Of a stretch of DNA of 64,000 nucleotides, positions 12,520 through 25,768 are shown piece by piece. The position numbers and the translations under genes are program-made. The stretch is from positions 2,170,001 through 2,234,000 of the forward strand of contig OZ076409.1 of NCBI GenBank assembly GCA_964187785.1, given 5' to 3'. This stretch comes from Amphiscolops sp. MND2022. Its lineage: Eukaryota. The notes under the pieces are model-generated. The model did not search any database, was not told the origin of the DNA, and saw only the letters and a program-made list of their open reading frames with translations. Position 1 is the first letter of the stretch. Each line of letters begins with the position of its first letter.

Positions 12520-14990
12520 AACTAACAAACGTGGAGGTGTTTACTTTATCAGCAACCTTGGAGGTGTCCTAATTGGTACGAAATCACATTTCGATACTAC
12601 CCCACTAGAGATAACTAGTGCTCCGAAAGGATCAGCAATAGCATGTACATTGAATAATGACAATGAAAACTCCCCTAAGTGTGTTTTTATAACGCCCCAT
12701 CGGTCAGTCCTTATTTCATCAAAGCAGATAAAGTGGTCAATATTTTTGAGGAAATATTCAACCTGGGTAAACTTCATGACTACGTTTTAATTGGCGGCGA
12801 TCTAGACCTGCAACATATTGACTGGGACACGCGAAAGACAAAGAACGAACTCGATAAACCTCTACTAGGTTTATTAGAAGGCCACGATTTGAATCAAATT
12901 ATTGACTTTCCAACAGCTGCCTCAGAAATTCTCGATTTAATTTTGGTGAATCACAACATCGAAGTCATTTCCTGTAAACCATCTAATGCTAAAATCAACT
13001 CTTTTCAACCATAAAGGAGTAAACTTGAAGATACGCGTTCGGAACTTTTCGAACAACTATCTACGAACAAATTTATCTTTCTCAAGTCTCGGTTATTGTC
13101 GAGCCAACTACGAAGTGATGAACAAATTAATAGCAGATAAACCATTCAACGGTATTTGTTGGAGCAATGTTGAAGTGCTTCTTAAGCAGTGGTACGACTG
13201 GTTGAAAGATATTCTAGCAAGAACTGTCCCAAAACGTACCGCACATCGTAGCAGATTATCTCCCTGGGTCAAGCCTGTTACCTCCAATATTATAAAGAAA
13301 CTAGAAACTGGAAAATTTTACAAGAAACCTAAAATCACCAAAATCAAAAAACTTCAAACGTTTTGTGAAAAAAATGCTGGAAAAAGACGAATCTGACTAT
13401 GAAGCGAATTTCTCTACCTCCCGCGATACCAGGTCTCTATTTAAGTACTATCGAAAATTTGGAACCACTCACATTCCAACCTCAATTCATCTCAAAAACG
13501 AATTTGCAACTGACCCACTTTCACCAGCGAAACTTTTTTCGAAATTCTTCGCATCAATTTTCATCGAATCTAGTGATTTCATACCCACCTCCAATGTTTC
13601 AGTTCTCTCGATTTTAGAAGAATTTGACACATCTATCAACAGGATTGAATGTATCTCTGAAGGTCTTGATATTACAAAGGCTGCTGGGCCTGACGGAATC
13701 CCACCAATTGTGTTCAAAAAATGTGCCAAAACATTAAGCAAATCCTTATCCCAAAGATTCTACATAATAAAACAAACAGGTGTATTCCCAAATATTTGGA
13801 AAGTATCAACAGTATCTCCAACTTTCAAAAAAGACTTCAAATCTGATGTCGAAAATAACAGACAAGTATCACTCCTAACAATTGCTTCAAAACGCATGGA
13901 AAGATGTATTTACTTGGATCTGTATAAACACTTCGATCCTAAATAAATACTCAGTCCTGCCTAATTCGGATTTAGAAAACGGCGTTCTTGTGTTCTTCAG
14001 CTTCTGGTTACCCTAGACACTATCTATAAATCACTCGTTGAAGGTAAACAAGTCAATATGGTATATACAGACAACGAGAAAGCCTTCGACCATGTTGATC
14101 ACGGCCTACTGATGCGAAAACTCCACGAATATGATGTTCAAGGCAAATTGCTAAATCTCCTAAAACCGTATCTAACCAATCGACAACAACGTGTCAGAGT
14201 CAACGGTCACTATTCAGAATACGTCAACGTAACAAGTGGTGTCCCCCAACGCTCTATTCTCTCTAGTCTACTCTTCCTAATATATATTAATAAATTACCT
14301 GGAAATGGTCACAATTCTATCCCTCTACTGAATGCCGACGATGCAAAATTCTTACACATTGGAGCACCTGGTCTTAAATTTCAACTTGATCTTTCCCGAA
14401 GTCAGAGACGGAGTGAAATGCAAAAATTACCCCTAAACCTTGACAAGTGCTCACACATGTCAATCCCACCACAAGATATTGTCCTATACTTTTCAGATCA
14501 ACCAAAAGAAATAGCTTCAGAAAGATCTTGGTGTAGTAGTATCTGACGATCTGAAATGGTACGAACACATTAAAAAAGCAGCTACTAAAGCAAGGAATGT
14601 GCTCTGGATGGTCAAGAAAAACTCACCAATGCTATCTCCTACAACTAAGCTAAATATGTACAAATCCATGATAGTGCCCATTTTAATCTACGGCAGCAAC
14701 GTATGATACCCGAATATTCAATGTTGCAAAATTCTTGAAAAAATTCAAAAAGAAAGCTTGAGATGGACCAATGGAGACCAAAATTCTCTAGATAGTTTAT
14801 AAAAATGCAAAACTATCCTTCTTACACTTTATCTCCAACTCCAAGTTCTACTGACAATGTCAAAATGTTTAAACGAGCATTATGATTATAACTTTGATGA
14901 TTTTATTTGTTTCAGGGACTCGGACCGATTACTGATATCGAGTGACTGTTTGAGGTTTGACAACAAGGATCTTTTCAAATTAAACAATGA
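12520..14990 (+). mobile_element. Decayed non-LTR retrotransposon (CR1/L2/Jockey-like), AP endonuclease + reverse transcriptase
   Basis: Endonuclease: LIGGDLDLQHIDW, ILDLILVN. RT: KAAGPDGIP, YTDNEKAFDHVDH, GVPQRSILSSLLF, NADDAK. Many stops and frameshifts. Confidence 0.92.
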
Positions 14991-15164
14991 GGTGAGGTCT
15001 TTGTCCTCAGAGTAGAGTTCATTCATATTTCAAGTAAGTTTCAATCAGTGAAAAAAAATGAGACGTTAAGTGAATCTTTTCAAAATAAACCATGAGGTGA
15101 GGTCTTTTTCCTCAGAGTTATTTCATATGTCTTTGAGTAAGTTGCAAAGGGAAGGAAGACTCAC

Positions 15165-15262
15165 GGAAGCGATGGTGTCTGCACAATCCAGGTAGGGCTC
15201 AGTCGTGTCGTCATAGGACTCGAACAGCATCGGCAGCAGAGACACAATGTTCACTGTCAACC
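15165..15262 (-). CDS. fry: furry/FRY-like exon
   Basis: GLTVNIVSLLPMLFESYDD...DCADTIAS resembles furry GFPLNVLCLLPQLIQHF...AERIAQ. 98 bp, phase 1 to 0, donor gtgagt. Confidence 0.85.
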
Positions 15263-15353
15263 CTGGAACAAGATCTTTTTGAAGAGATTTCCTCGACTTT
15301 CTCAACAACTTGTAATCCGAGGAGATCGTTGATTGAATTAAAGTTTGGTTAAA

Positions 15354-15828
15354 ACAAGACGAGAACGTCTAAAGTCGGCGCTATATCTAAGGCTCAAAAA
15401 GCGCCTTAAAAAAAACTTGAAATTTTTGATTTTTTTCTTTCCGAAAATGTCGCACAGTGTCAAAAAATGTAAAAGGGGGACCCTTTTTGGTTTATAAACA
15501 TGCATTGAGTTGCAAAATAACAAAAAAACTCAAAGGGGGGACCCTTTGGGACATTAAAAAATTTTCGAAAAAAAGTCGCACAGTAGCCGAAAAAAAATCA
15601 AAAGGGGGGACCCTTTAGTCCCGTCCGGTTTTGTAGGTTACCTTGAAAAAGTAAAAAATGAAAGGGGGGACCCTTTGGACTAAGTTTGCCTTGGCGCGAC
15701 TTGGCCTTAGGTGGTTTCAGGATTGTTTCTAAAAAGTGGACCGATCAGTGTGAGGATTGTAGTCTGAAGAAAAAAAAGGTCACTGCTATAGTCGGGCATT
15801 TTTCCTTAAAAGGAGCGCCGACTAAAAA
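15354..15828 (-). mobile_element. Helentron/DINE-like element (family A)
   Basis: Ends aacaagacgagaacgtctaaagtcggcgc ... gcgccgactaaaa. Confidence 0.7.
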
Positions 15829-16089
15829 CGCTACGGTTTCCACGAAAATTTTTTAAGGTCTCATTTTAGTTGAATAGTTCCTTCAGACCGCTTCAATGAC
15901 ACCGTATATAGTTAGGAATGGCTTCAGGCCATACCTCGTCCTTTTGGATATCTTTATTTAGCCAAGAAATGAACTTTTCTAATACTTTTCTTTTGTACAA
16001 TATTATGAAACTAACAGTTCTTTTTGTAACATATCCGAACAAATTAACTCCTCTACTTTTTCTAAACAAACTTTTTTCTTGGCACGGAA

Positions 16090-16538
16090 CAGAGATTTGA
16101 CTCGCTAATTTTTTTTTGCTAATCGCTAACTAACGCTAACTATATATCGCTAATCGCTAACTTCGCTAATTGATAGTCGCTAATCGCTAACGCTAATTAA
16201 AATCTAGAGTGAAAAGTTTAATTCACATTATGTTTAAAAATCGATCTGAAAAAGAATTCATTACTGTTTACTGTGTAAAACTATGTTTAAAACATAGTAA
16301 AGTACATAAATATGATAATATATGACAGTTCTTGGGAAGAATCAGTATATGTAGAGACAATTTGTGATATGTATGTAATGTTCGATGCAAAATCAAGCGT
16401 TGTTATAGAAAATTTACCATTAGGAAAACGCCATCGCTAAGCGGTCGCTAAATAATGTATTACGCTAACTAATTTCCGCTAATGTAATCCTTCGCTAACG
16501 CTAAAGCGGCGCCATTAGCGATTAGCGTCAAATCTCTG
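16090..16538. mobile_element. hAT-type MITE with cgctaa subterminal repeats
   Basis: TIRs cagagatttgac / gtcaaatctctg; 8-bp TSD GCACGGAA. Confidence 0.9.
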
Positions 16539-16863
16539 GCACGGAAACTTGTTTTTATCTATTTCAAACGAGACTTCACGTAAGTCCATTTTCGAAACTC
16601 GAAAAAAAACCTTCTTTCAATTACAGCATTACAGGGTGAGCTCGTTTTGACGTGAAACCACTTGGAGAAATTGTTGTTCTTCAACGCTTTTAGTTAGTAC
16701 TTTCAAGAAAATATCCCATTTGTTTTTACCGCTTTATTCGAATTACAGTGCTAAATGACTGTATTTCTTTTTGACACGGCAACACACTTTGGGAGCGTGC
16801 GCGGTAGAGTATGGCGACTATTGAAGTAAGCTTTGCCCCTGACCGTAAATGGTCATACGAACG

Positions 16864-17384
16864 GGGGGCACGACAATTCGTACACACGAGACATTTCGTA
16901 CACACGACATCTCGTACAAAAACCTAAACCAGACATTTCGTACAAAAACGAAACCAGACATTTCGTACAAAAATGAAACCCGACATCTCGTGCAATTTAT
17001 ATTATACAACTTATTATTTTAACGTAGTCAGCTGTGTTCACATACCCCTAGTGCCCTAAATGCAGGAGCGAAGCGAAGCGACGTGCCATATGGCCATGCC
17101 TCAATGTTGCTACTTGGCGAAAGGAGCGAAGCGACCGAGCCATACAACATATATGCTAACCTCTTTAATTGAATCAAGTTCCATACATATTGGCTGTAAC
17201 AGCACTAGAAGCTAGTAATTCTGTTGTTTGAGATCTATTTTTGCAAATCTGTTCAATTTAATTTCGTACGAAATGTCTTTTGTACGAAATGTCCGGTTTC
17301 ATTTTTGTACCAAATGTCCGTGTACGAAATGTCGGGTTTTTGGCTATTGTACGAAATGTCGTTTGTACGAATTGTCGTGGTGCC
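16864..17384. mobile_element. Mutator-like MITE
   Basis: 9-bp TSD ATACGAACG. TIRs gg...cacgacaattcgtaca with inverted arrays of gacatttcgtaca. Confidence 0.85.
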
Positions 17385-17882
17385 ATACGAACGATATGGG
17401 CTAGCTGGTGTTAGGGAGTATGGCCGCTCGATAACTGCAGAAAAATTTTCAGCAGTCCGATTGAATTCTCAATTGTGATTGGTCGCTCTGTTCGACAATG
17501 AGCTTTATTTAATTGATGAAAATATTATGTGGTGTCAGGACATTTCATCTTATGCAATTTCAACCGCTCACAATTTCAACCTATTACATTTTCAACCTTC
17601 CGCAATTTCGACCGAAACTAATTTTGACTAATGGACCATAATTAGTTAGTTACAAAATTATTTTAGGTGGTTTTCATTTTCATACATTTCTAAATTCGAA
17701 TGTGCTAATTTTTACGCCTGTTTTGATACGCTTTGGCTTCTTCATGAACGCTTATTTAGGCCCGAAAAACTGAGGCCCGATAATGAAATGGTATTTGAGG
17801 CCCGAAAAAACTAAACAAACAAAAGAATTGAATTGAGACAGTACATGTATTGCAGTTCTTATTCTTGACTAATTTCCAAGCA

Positions 17883-18200
17883 CAGTGATGTTCATTTTTA
17901 TTTTTTAAAGTACTTTTTTTGATAAAAAGGAAAACAGTTTTTTTAAAGGATTCCTTTAAATTTTTATCATATAAATTGTAAAATATAAAGGAATTTTACA
18001 ATCACGGTTAAGGAAGATTAATCACAGGCATTGTAGTCTGAGTTCGACAGAGTCCATAGTTAACGTATATGACCTATTTTTTTATAGTAAAAAGGAATCC
18101 TTTAAAGGAAAATCCTTTAAAGGATTGGCATAAAAAGGAATAAAAATTAAAAGGATCCTTTAAATGATCCTTTAAATTTTCCTATCAATGTACATCACTG
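17883..18200. mobile_element. hAT-type MITE
   Basis: TIRs cagtgatgt / acatcactg; TSD tccaagca / tctaagca. Confidence 0.75.
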
Positions 18201-18525
18201 TCTAAGCACATTTGTGTTTAAAGAACAAATTCATCGGGCCTCAGTTTTAATAATTTCTGGCCTCAAATTACATTAGCTCCGGGCCTCAATTTTTCGGGCC
18301 TCATATATGCTACCCCATTAAAGCTGTTTGATTCATTACTAACTATTGCACTGAAATAATAACTCAACCGAATTAGGAGTAATTAGCCAAAATCAGTATA
18401 GGTCGAAATTGCGGAAGATTGAAGAAAATGCAATAAAAAAGAGCCTCGAACGGTTGTCACGGCTACCGAGCTAGCTAGCTCCTCAGATGGCTGACCCCTA
18501 CGAACACCCCCCCTGTGCGGCGTAC

Positions 18526-18707
18526 CTCTGTGGTTGTTGTCGATGAAGGGCACGGTCGCAACGAGGGGGGTGAACTTGATTAGCATCCTCTCGCTGAGGG
18601 AGACGCCCGAGGGTAGGGTGAGACCCTTCAACACCAGCGGCTGCAGCCCGTAGAAGGTGACCCACTTCATCTGATGGAACACGCGACACAGCGCACTCAC
18701 GTGCTGG
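18526..18707 (-). CDS. fry: furry/FRY-like exon (MOR2/PAG1 C-terminal region)
   Basis: MKWVTFYGLQPLVLKGLT resembles furry LKWxxFxGLQQLLLKGFT. 182 bp, phase 2 to 1, donor AG|gtacgc. Confidence 0.9.
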
Positions 18708-18726
18708 CTGCAACAAAATACACAAG

Positions 18727-19193
18727 CAGAGGCGTAAAAATTTATATTGTATTGCAATATATTGCAATTAAATACAATTAATATATTTATTTAGTTGGAG
18801 AAAAAAATACAATATATTTATTGAAATAAGGCAAATATTGTCAGAGCTCTACAATATATTGCGCAAAAAAATATTGCAGAATAGAAATAAAATTTCATTT
18901 AATATGCATTTTAAACGGACTATAGAAGTGAAAGACTATTAAGGGAGAAATTCACTAAGCTTTTCGCTTCCTATTAATTTCGAGAAGATAGTCTTTCTTT
19001 ACACAAATAAACAACATTGGGATGTTTGCCGTGTAAATGAATGTTTCTCTGCCCAATAAAATATTTCACAATCTATTGTTTTTCCAAAATATTGCAGGAC
19101 AATAAATACAAAATATTTATTGCTGAAAAAAACTCAAACAACATATTTATTTTTTTGAAAAAATGTATTTAAATACAATATTTCACACCCCTG
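18727..19193. mobile_element. hAT-type MITE
   Basis: Imperfect TIRs cagaggcgtaaaa / tttcacacccctg; perfect 8-bp TSD TACACAAG. Confidence 0.85.
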
Positions 19194-19550
19194 TACACAA
19201 GTCACAATCACTCACTTACTGATTTGTTAGATGGAACAATTCAAATACTTCCACATTTCCTTACTACATGCAAAGTGAATTTGTACATGTCGTGCGATGC
19301 AAAACAAGCAACGAACAATGGCCCAAATCGGCGCCCCACTCAAGGTTCAAAAGCAGCAACGTGTTTTGCACATGCGAAGGGACATTATTGTGAAAGTTTC
19401 AGTGCCAAAATTTACCCACTGGGTACCCATAAGACTCGAAAATCGCAATTACCGTATTTTCTCGTTTAAGAGCCGCCTTCGATTAAAAGCCGCCTTCGAA
19501 TAAGAGCCGCACGAATTTTTGAAATTAATAAATAAGAGCCGCCTTCGAAT

Positions 19551-20605
19551 CAGGGCTGGGTAAAAATTAAATGCAATTAAATGGAAGTTAATTATAAACA
19601 ACAATCAATTAATGGCAATTATTACTGCACCAAAATCAATTATGGCAATTAATGGAAAATTAATTGCCATTTGATGACTTTGCCATGGCGTCATTAACAG
19701 TACCCGAGTCCCAGAACTGATGGTTGACCTTCAGAAACAGCTGCTCTTCGAAATGAACCGGGGTAATTGATTGTCGTAAATCGTTGTCGTAAAATAACCA
19801 GCTGTGCTGAATAGACGCTCCAAGCGGTCAGAGGTAGGTTCAATAAACGTGCAGTCTATGTATTTGTCAGTCACTTGCATTCGCTGCCGTTTCCTCTCAG
19901 TTTCGTCCCTTGCGAAGTCTCCGGTTGAAGTAATGACCGCGAGACGACCTTCTACATCTTCTTTCGAAAGTAGTTGTTTGCACGCAAACTCTTCGTCCTT
20001 CGTCAGTGAATCATGAGCTTTGTCAATAATTTTCACTACACCCGACTCGAAGTCAGGATATTTCACTATGGGTGATTTTGGAAGTGACCAAAATAAATCA
20101 GTAAGCTGCAATATTTTTATTTGTTTTGTTAGCAAACGATGCACACAGTTAATGACGTTAATTGCCTCAGTCCAGCGTCGCTAAACTAGTCCAAGCAACC
20201 GAAGAAAGTATACGAAGCAAATATGCGAGCGGTGTGCCGGCTGGCGGAAGTGTGGTATTCATTACCGTGCTGTTCACTACCCTACCCAAAAGTACTCCCC
20301 CATCCACACAAATTAAACGTACCTATTTGAGCCAGTGTGATTAAATGTGAATTCCTGACAGTAAGCCACAGTGAGTCAGGCGAAATCCTATTGGCTGCTT
20401 ACTGGTTACGCGGCACGGATTCTCCGCACGCCGCCGTGTGAACGCAGTTTGCAATACAGCGTGTAACCACGACGAATATGGAAAAAATGGTAATTAATTG
20501 CTAATTTCTTCATCCATTAATTGCCATTAGCAAAAACAAAAATCAATTAATTTCTATTAGTTTATGGCAATTAATTTTTTCACCATTAATTTTTACCCAG
20601 CCTTG
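19551..20605 (-). mobile_element. Internally deleted hAT element nested in the pogo element
   Basis: TIRs cagggctgggtaaaaattaa / ttaatttttacccagccttg; TSD CTTCGAAT. ORF 19731-20144 contains PTSDRLERLFS (hAT C-terminal motif). Confidence 0.9.
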
Positions 20606-20732
20606 CTTCGAATAAGAGCCGCATTTTTTTCGAATTTATGGATCATCAAAAAATTTAGTTCATTTTGCAAACAATGAATTACACGGAAAACAACAAAGAC
20701 TCAAAACAAAGATACACAAATGTATTACACAA

Positions 20733-21891
20733 TCACTCCACAACAAAGACATTATCCAAATCTAAATTTTCGTCACCAATATCGTCCAAAATTAGATCAT
20801 TATCGAAATTTTCTTCAGGTTCTTCGACTAGAATAAAGCCAACTCGCGGATCAGTGACTGTAATTAGTGAATATGCAGCCTCTGCAGGCTTTCCAGGCTG
20901 GATATAGGAAATTTTTGACTTCTCAATTATGGTTATTCCGCAACAATCGAATGATTTTTTGATAATATCTGGCTTGACAGTTTCCCAGGCGTCAAGCACC
21001 CATTTTATTTGTTTTTCATAGGCGGGCGCTTTGACATTGCCCCCTTTTGTGTACTCAAAAATACCTTCACGATACCAAGCATCATACTTTTCTCGAAAAA
21101 TTTCCTTGAAAGGTTTGTTGATAGAGACGTCCAGATGCTGTAGAAACTTAGTACACCCTCCAGGAATAACAACCATAATACTGTTTTGCTTTTCAACTAT
21201 TGATTTGACTTCTTCGCTGATGTGACATTTGAAACTATTCCACACTAACATTCGCTTATTGAACGAAAAGCTGCCGTATATTTTCTTAACCCACTGCAGA
21301 GTCAGTGCGTCATTCATCCATCCGTTTTTAGAGCACACCACTTTGACCCCTTATAGTTTATAGTTTTCGGAACTTTTACACCAGGTAAAACGACAAACGG
21401 GGGTAATTTTGTGCCGTCACCCCTGACTGCTAGGCAAACTGTGATCCTCTGTTTTTCGTGGCCAGTGGTTTTTATAGGCACTGTTTTTGCACAAACACAT
21501 TCAATGGTTGTTGCAGATGGCATATCAGCCCAAATAGGGGTTTCATCCATATTTATGATCATTCCAGGCTTCAGGTCGAATTTTTGGACTTGCTCGGCAC
21601 TAGCTTGCATGGAACATGGTGGTGTTGTTCACGTTCGTGTAATATTTTCTGCATCAGTTTCTCCTCAATTTCACCAAGAACTGGTTTTCGACCACCACCT
21701 TGAAGTTTTCGTCGTTCGGCATCAGTTTCGGATAAAAAACTGTTTTTCTTCTTTTGTCTCCATCTTCTAACTTGAGACTCGTCCACATTGAATTTCCTGC
21801 CTACATCACGATTGTTGTTTTCCTCCGCAAAATTGATGACTTTTAGCTTAAAGGTAATATCGTAAGATTTTTTCGTATGTTTTGCACTCAT
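20733..21891 (-). pseudogene. pogo-type transposase (Brinker-like HTH + DDE_1), frameshifted and internally deleted
   Basis: SYDITFKLKVI...FNVDESQVRRWR; NMDETP; TTGHEKQRITVCL; NGWMN; IPGGCTKFLQHLDVSINKPFK. Confidence 0.9.
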
Positions 21892-22519
21892 TGTCCAAAC
21901 TGAAATGATAGAGTCCGCGCTGGATTTCTCAGAAACGAGAATGTTTAAAACGAGAATGTTTCTGAGAAATGTAATTCTCAGAAATGGGAATGTTTCTGAG
22001 AAATGTATTTCTCAGAAATGAGAATGTTCCTGAGAACATTGGTTTCTGGGAAAACTAAATAAATTTCGGTAAAATATTTTAAGAGCCGCCTTCGAATAAG
22101 AGCCGCGGAAAAAAGGCGTCGAAAAAAATAAGAGCCGCGGCTTTTAATCGAGAAAATACGGTACCTTATCTTGAAACATTGAAAAAAAACAATTTTTGAA
22201 GGAAAATCAAAACTTTTCTTCCTGAGAAAATCTCAGTCCTGAAAAAACCCAAAAGGAGATCATTCAAATTAGCAAAACGCTTTTTTTTGAAGTCCAAATT
22301 TTCCCAAAAACGAAGCGGCACCATTTGAGCAAATAAAAATTTTCTGAAGAAAAGCCACAGAGTGTCGAAAAACGTAAGGTCTTTTCCACAATGATTTAAA
22401 AAGTCTCATCAGTCACAAATGACCGAAAAATAATGCAAGAGGTCAATCTCAAGGCTCGGAAAACGGTTTTTCTCAAAAGAAAATCTCAAAAAAAAACAAA
22501 AATTGAGCGAACAATTTTT

Positions 22520-23010
22520 AACAAGACGGGAACGTCTCAAGTCGGCGCTATACCTAAGGCTCAAAAAGCGCAAAACATTCTTTTTGGGAAAAAAACTTGA
22601 AATTTTCGAAAAAAATTTTTCTTTCGGAAAATGTCGCACAGTGCCGAAAAATGTAAAAGGGGGACCCTTTTTGATTTATAAACACGCATTCTGTAGCAAA
22701 ATAACAAAAAACTCAAAGGGGGGACCCTTTGGGGACATTAAAAAAATTTCGAAAAAAAGTCGCACAGTGCCGAAAAAAAATCGAAAGGGAGTAACCTTTA
22801 GTCCCGTCCGGGCTTGTAGGTAACGTTTAAAAAGTAAATGAATGCGCTCCCCGTTTGCCTTTACCGGTCCAGTAGTTTAGTACTGTATTTAGTAGTTGAA
22901 CGTTAATTTTAACGTTCGTCGCTTCGAGTCTGTCTTGAATAAAAAAAAAAGAAAAAAAAACGAGTGACTGTAATAGTCGGGCTCTTTTCTTAAGAAAAGC
23001 GCCGACTAAA
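22520..23010 (-). mobile_element. Helentron/DINE-like element (family A)
   Basis: Ends aacaagacgggaacgtctcaagtcggcgc ... gcgccgactaaaa; highly similar to 3210-3697. Confidence 0.7.
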
Positions 23011-23418
23011 AATTCTCTAAAAACGTGTGCGAAACATGGCACAAATATAATTTGTAGCGCGACTCCTAGAATAATTTTCAAATTGACCATAATCTATAAT
23101 TTTTGTACTGTCAGTGCCAATTAGCCAAAAGGAATTCTGTTTGCGAAAAACATTGTGAAACGGAACTATGACAGTGTAAAGTGGCTGTAGCTATTGGTTG
23201 CTTATATTGACAGGAAAAACGTGTTAACGCAACGAGAACTTGAAAAGCAAAATCGACTTCAAAAACCCAAAAACCTACTTCCAAAACCGACTTCCAAAAG
23301 CGAAACAAAAGCCGAAAAAAGCAATTCCGGCTTATAGACCTCAAAAAAACGACGATTCATTAGCATGTTCATTGGAAATTAACTTCATCATTCTACGAGG
23401 AGGTTTCAAAGCACTTGC

Positions 23419-23841
23419 CTGGAACTGAAGTTGAAAGCGTCCAGCAGTTGATCCAGAAGTTTCAGACCCAGAAGGTATTCGTGCTCAAAGTCCGATTCCA
23501 ACAGAGACACCACAGCCCAGAATATCTGGCACAGAATGGACAACTTATCCTCGAAAATACCCAGTCTGGTTCCAGCCGGGTTGCGCTGGTTGACGAGAGA
23601 GTTGCCGAAGTCACGTGGTAAACACTGGCTCCTTGCTTTCATGTCTCGGCGCTTCATTTCCGCGTACTGGCGACTATCCAGGGTAGCGCTGGCAGGACCC
23701 GTCAGAGGCAGGGTGAAGTCGACATTGGGCAGTCCCTGGCGAAGGGCCTCGGCCGCGGGTCCATTGTAGGAAGAAGTGCGGCGATAGAAAACATCCAAGT
23801 CACTGGTTTTGTGTCTCGCAGATAACACAGTTACTGCTGAT
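23419..23841 (-). CDS. fry: furry/FRY-like exon
   Basis: QIFWAVVSLLESDFEHEYLLGLKLLDQLL is a furry hallmark. 423 bp, phase 2 to 2, probable GC donor CAG|gcaagt. Confidence 0.9.
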
Positions 23842-25234
23842 CTATAATTCAAATAGTATACTGTGTGAATCGTCTTTAAATTGTACAGTAACGTTCTAAA
23901 AATAGCAACCCCATTGCTCGAAATTGAAATTTTCAAATGCAAAGATCTTGAAAACTGCCAGGAATACGAAAGATGTCAGCTAGCAAGTTTCTTGGAATTT
24001 TTGTAGGTTTTAACAATGTTCTGCGACAAAAATGTCTGATTCAATGCAAATTCTCAATCAAGACTGAGAAAAAGTTTGATTTTGAGCTCCTAAATTTTCA
24101 AAAAAAAACTCAAATTTCAATTACAATTTCCCAGAATTTGCTATTCCCACGATACAAATCGTAGAGATTTCAAATAATTTTGTAAGCTAAGAATTTCTAA
24201 GAAACTTTTGTTGCAAACAAATTTTATATTTGTGACAGTTTGAGATATTTGGGTTTGAATTTTGATATTGTAAGTTATGGAGTTGCGGCTAGAAAGTTCT
24301 GTAAACGTTCAGTTATCCAGGTGAACCATCAGGCATCCAGTCTGCGCACGTTTGACCGAATCGGGCCGCATAAATTTCTCATGCAAAAGGTCTTATATCT
24401 CACGTGAAAACTCACGGAACTGTCAAAATTTAAACTTGGGACTTGGCATAAAAATTTAACAACTTATGTTGAATTAATACAGATTTTGCACGACCGAGGG
24501 ATAACAAATAAAGGGGTGTTCTAAATTCGGAGCTTGTCTTGAAAATTCACCGGATCGTAGAATTTCCTTTCGGCCGGACAACCAGATGGAACAGTCAATA
24601 TTCCTGAACTGTAAGTGATCAACTATTGGGCAGAATTGGGCAAAAAGTATGATGAAAAATGAAATACTTTTGCTCCTAAGTGACTCAACGTTAAAGCATA
24701 AGCATACATTCTTGATTTGGATTGCAATGATTGAGCAAGATCTACGATGTCGATGATGTAACAGACGGGTTTACACAATGTAGCAGCAACATTCAGCGCT
24801 TTTTGTTTCAATCTTGATTTTAATGCTTAAATCTCTCATTTTGTTAAATCTCTACATACATGTATTAGCGATAAATTGAAAAACGCTTATTCAAAAAAAG
24901 TAGCAGCTGTACGATAAATGCATGCTGGTCAGATTCTAGTTGTATTATGTACAATTTGAAGATTTTGAAACAAAGCCGTATGAACCCAAACTGATCATAT
25001 TCGTACTTTTCGAAAAAAGCCGTATAAAAAACCAAAAAAATCATCATTTTTGACAAATGGTGTAGCTTTTGATTACGTTAGCATGACAGATGCCTTGCAA
25101 GATTCTAATACATGAAATGCAAAAAATGGAATACATGGAATACAAAAAAACTTGCAAGAATAACATGTTTTGTAAGAAACTTGCAAGATTTCAAATTCTT
25201 CCTCCAAACAAGGAGAAAGACGAAAGTCCAAAGT

Positions 25235-25659
25235 GTTACACAGAGGCGAAGCGGTGCTCCGCAACACATGACGAAAACATCGATTATTTTAAAGATAGCT
25301 CTACGTTGTATATATATTAAAGATAGCTCTACGTTGTATATATATTAAAGATAGCTCTACGTTGTATATATATTAAAGATAGCTCTACATTGTATATATA
25401 TTAAAGATAGCTCTACGTTGTATATATAAATCGTACACATTCAATCGCATGCGTATATATTCAACAGTTCAACTTTGTTCAATAACGTCCCTATGGCACA
25501 GTGGTCAACGCTTATGCCGTGCAATCGGGAGGCTGCAGGTTCGAATCTCTCTGGGGTTTTGGGGTTTTTCTAAAAGGCGCTCATTATGAAGTTGACTATT
25601 GTGGAAAAAAACTTCTTTAGCTGGACTGCAATGCACATTGACTTCGTCATGTGCAAAAA
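25235..25659 (-). mobile_element. Helentron-like element (family B) with an expanded minisatellite
   Basis: Same termini and tRNA-like interior as 11925-12220. Confidence 0.7.
25291..25428. repeat. 28-bp minisatellite, 5 copies
   Basis: aaagatagctctacgttgtatatatatt repeated head-to-tail with no spacers. Confidence 0.95.
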
Positions 25660-25768
25660 GTAGCGAACATGAGTCTTGCGTTACTGTTTCAAGATGAGAA
25701 AAATTACAAAAATCTGAAATCTGTATTCAATGATTTTCCCTTGGGTAACCTGTATATATGCACAAAAC

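Larger units (their letters stand above)
19452..22161 (-). mobile_element. pogo/Tigger-like DNA transposon (defective)
   Basis: TA TSD, TIRs ccgtattttctcg(t/a)ttaa, and taagagccgc subterminal repeats at both ends. Confidence 0.92.

Noticed and set aside
25291..25428. 28-bp repeats as a CRISPR array
   Set aside because: No spacers, eukaryotic context and no cas genes; it is a minisatellite.
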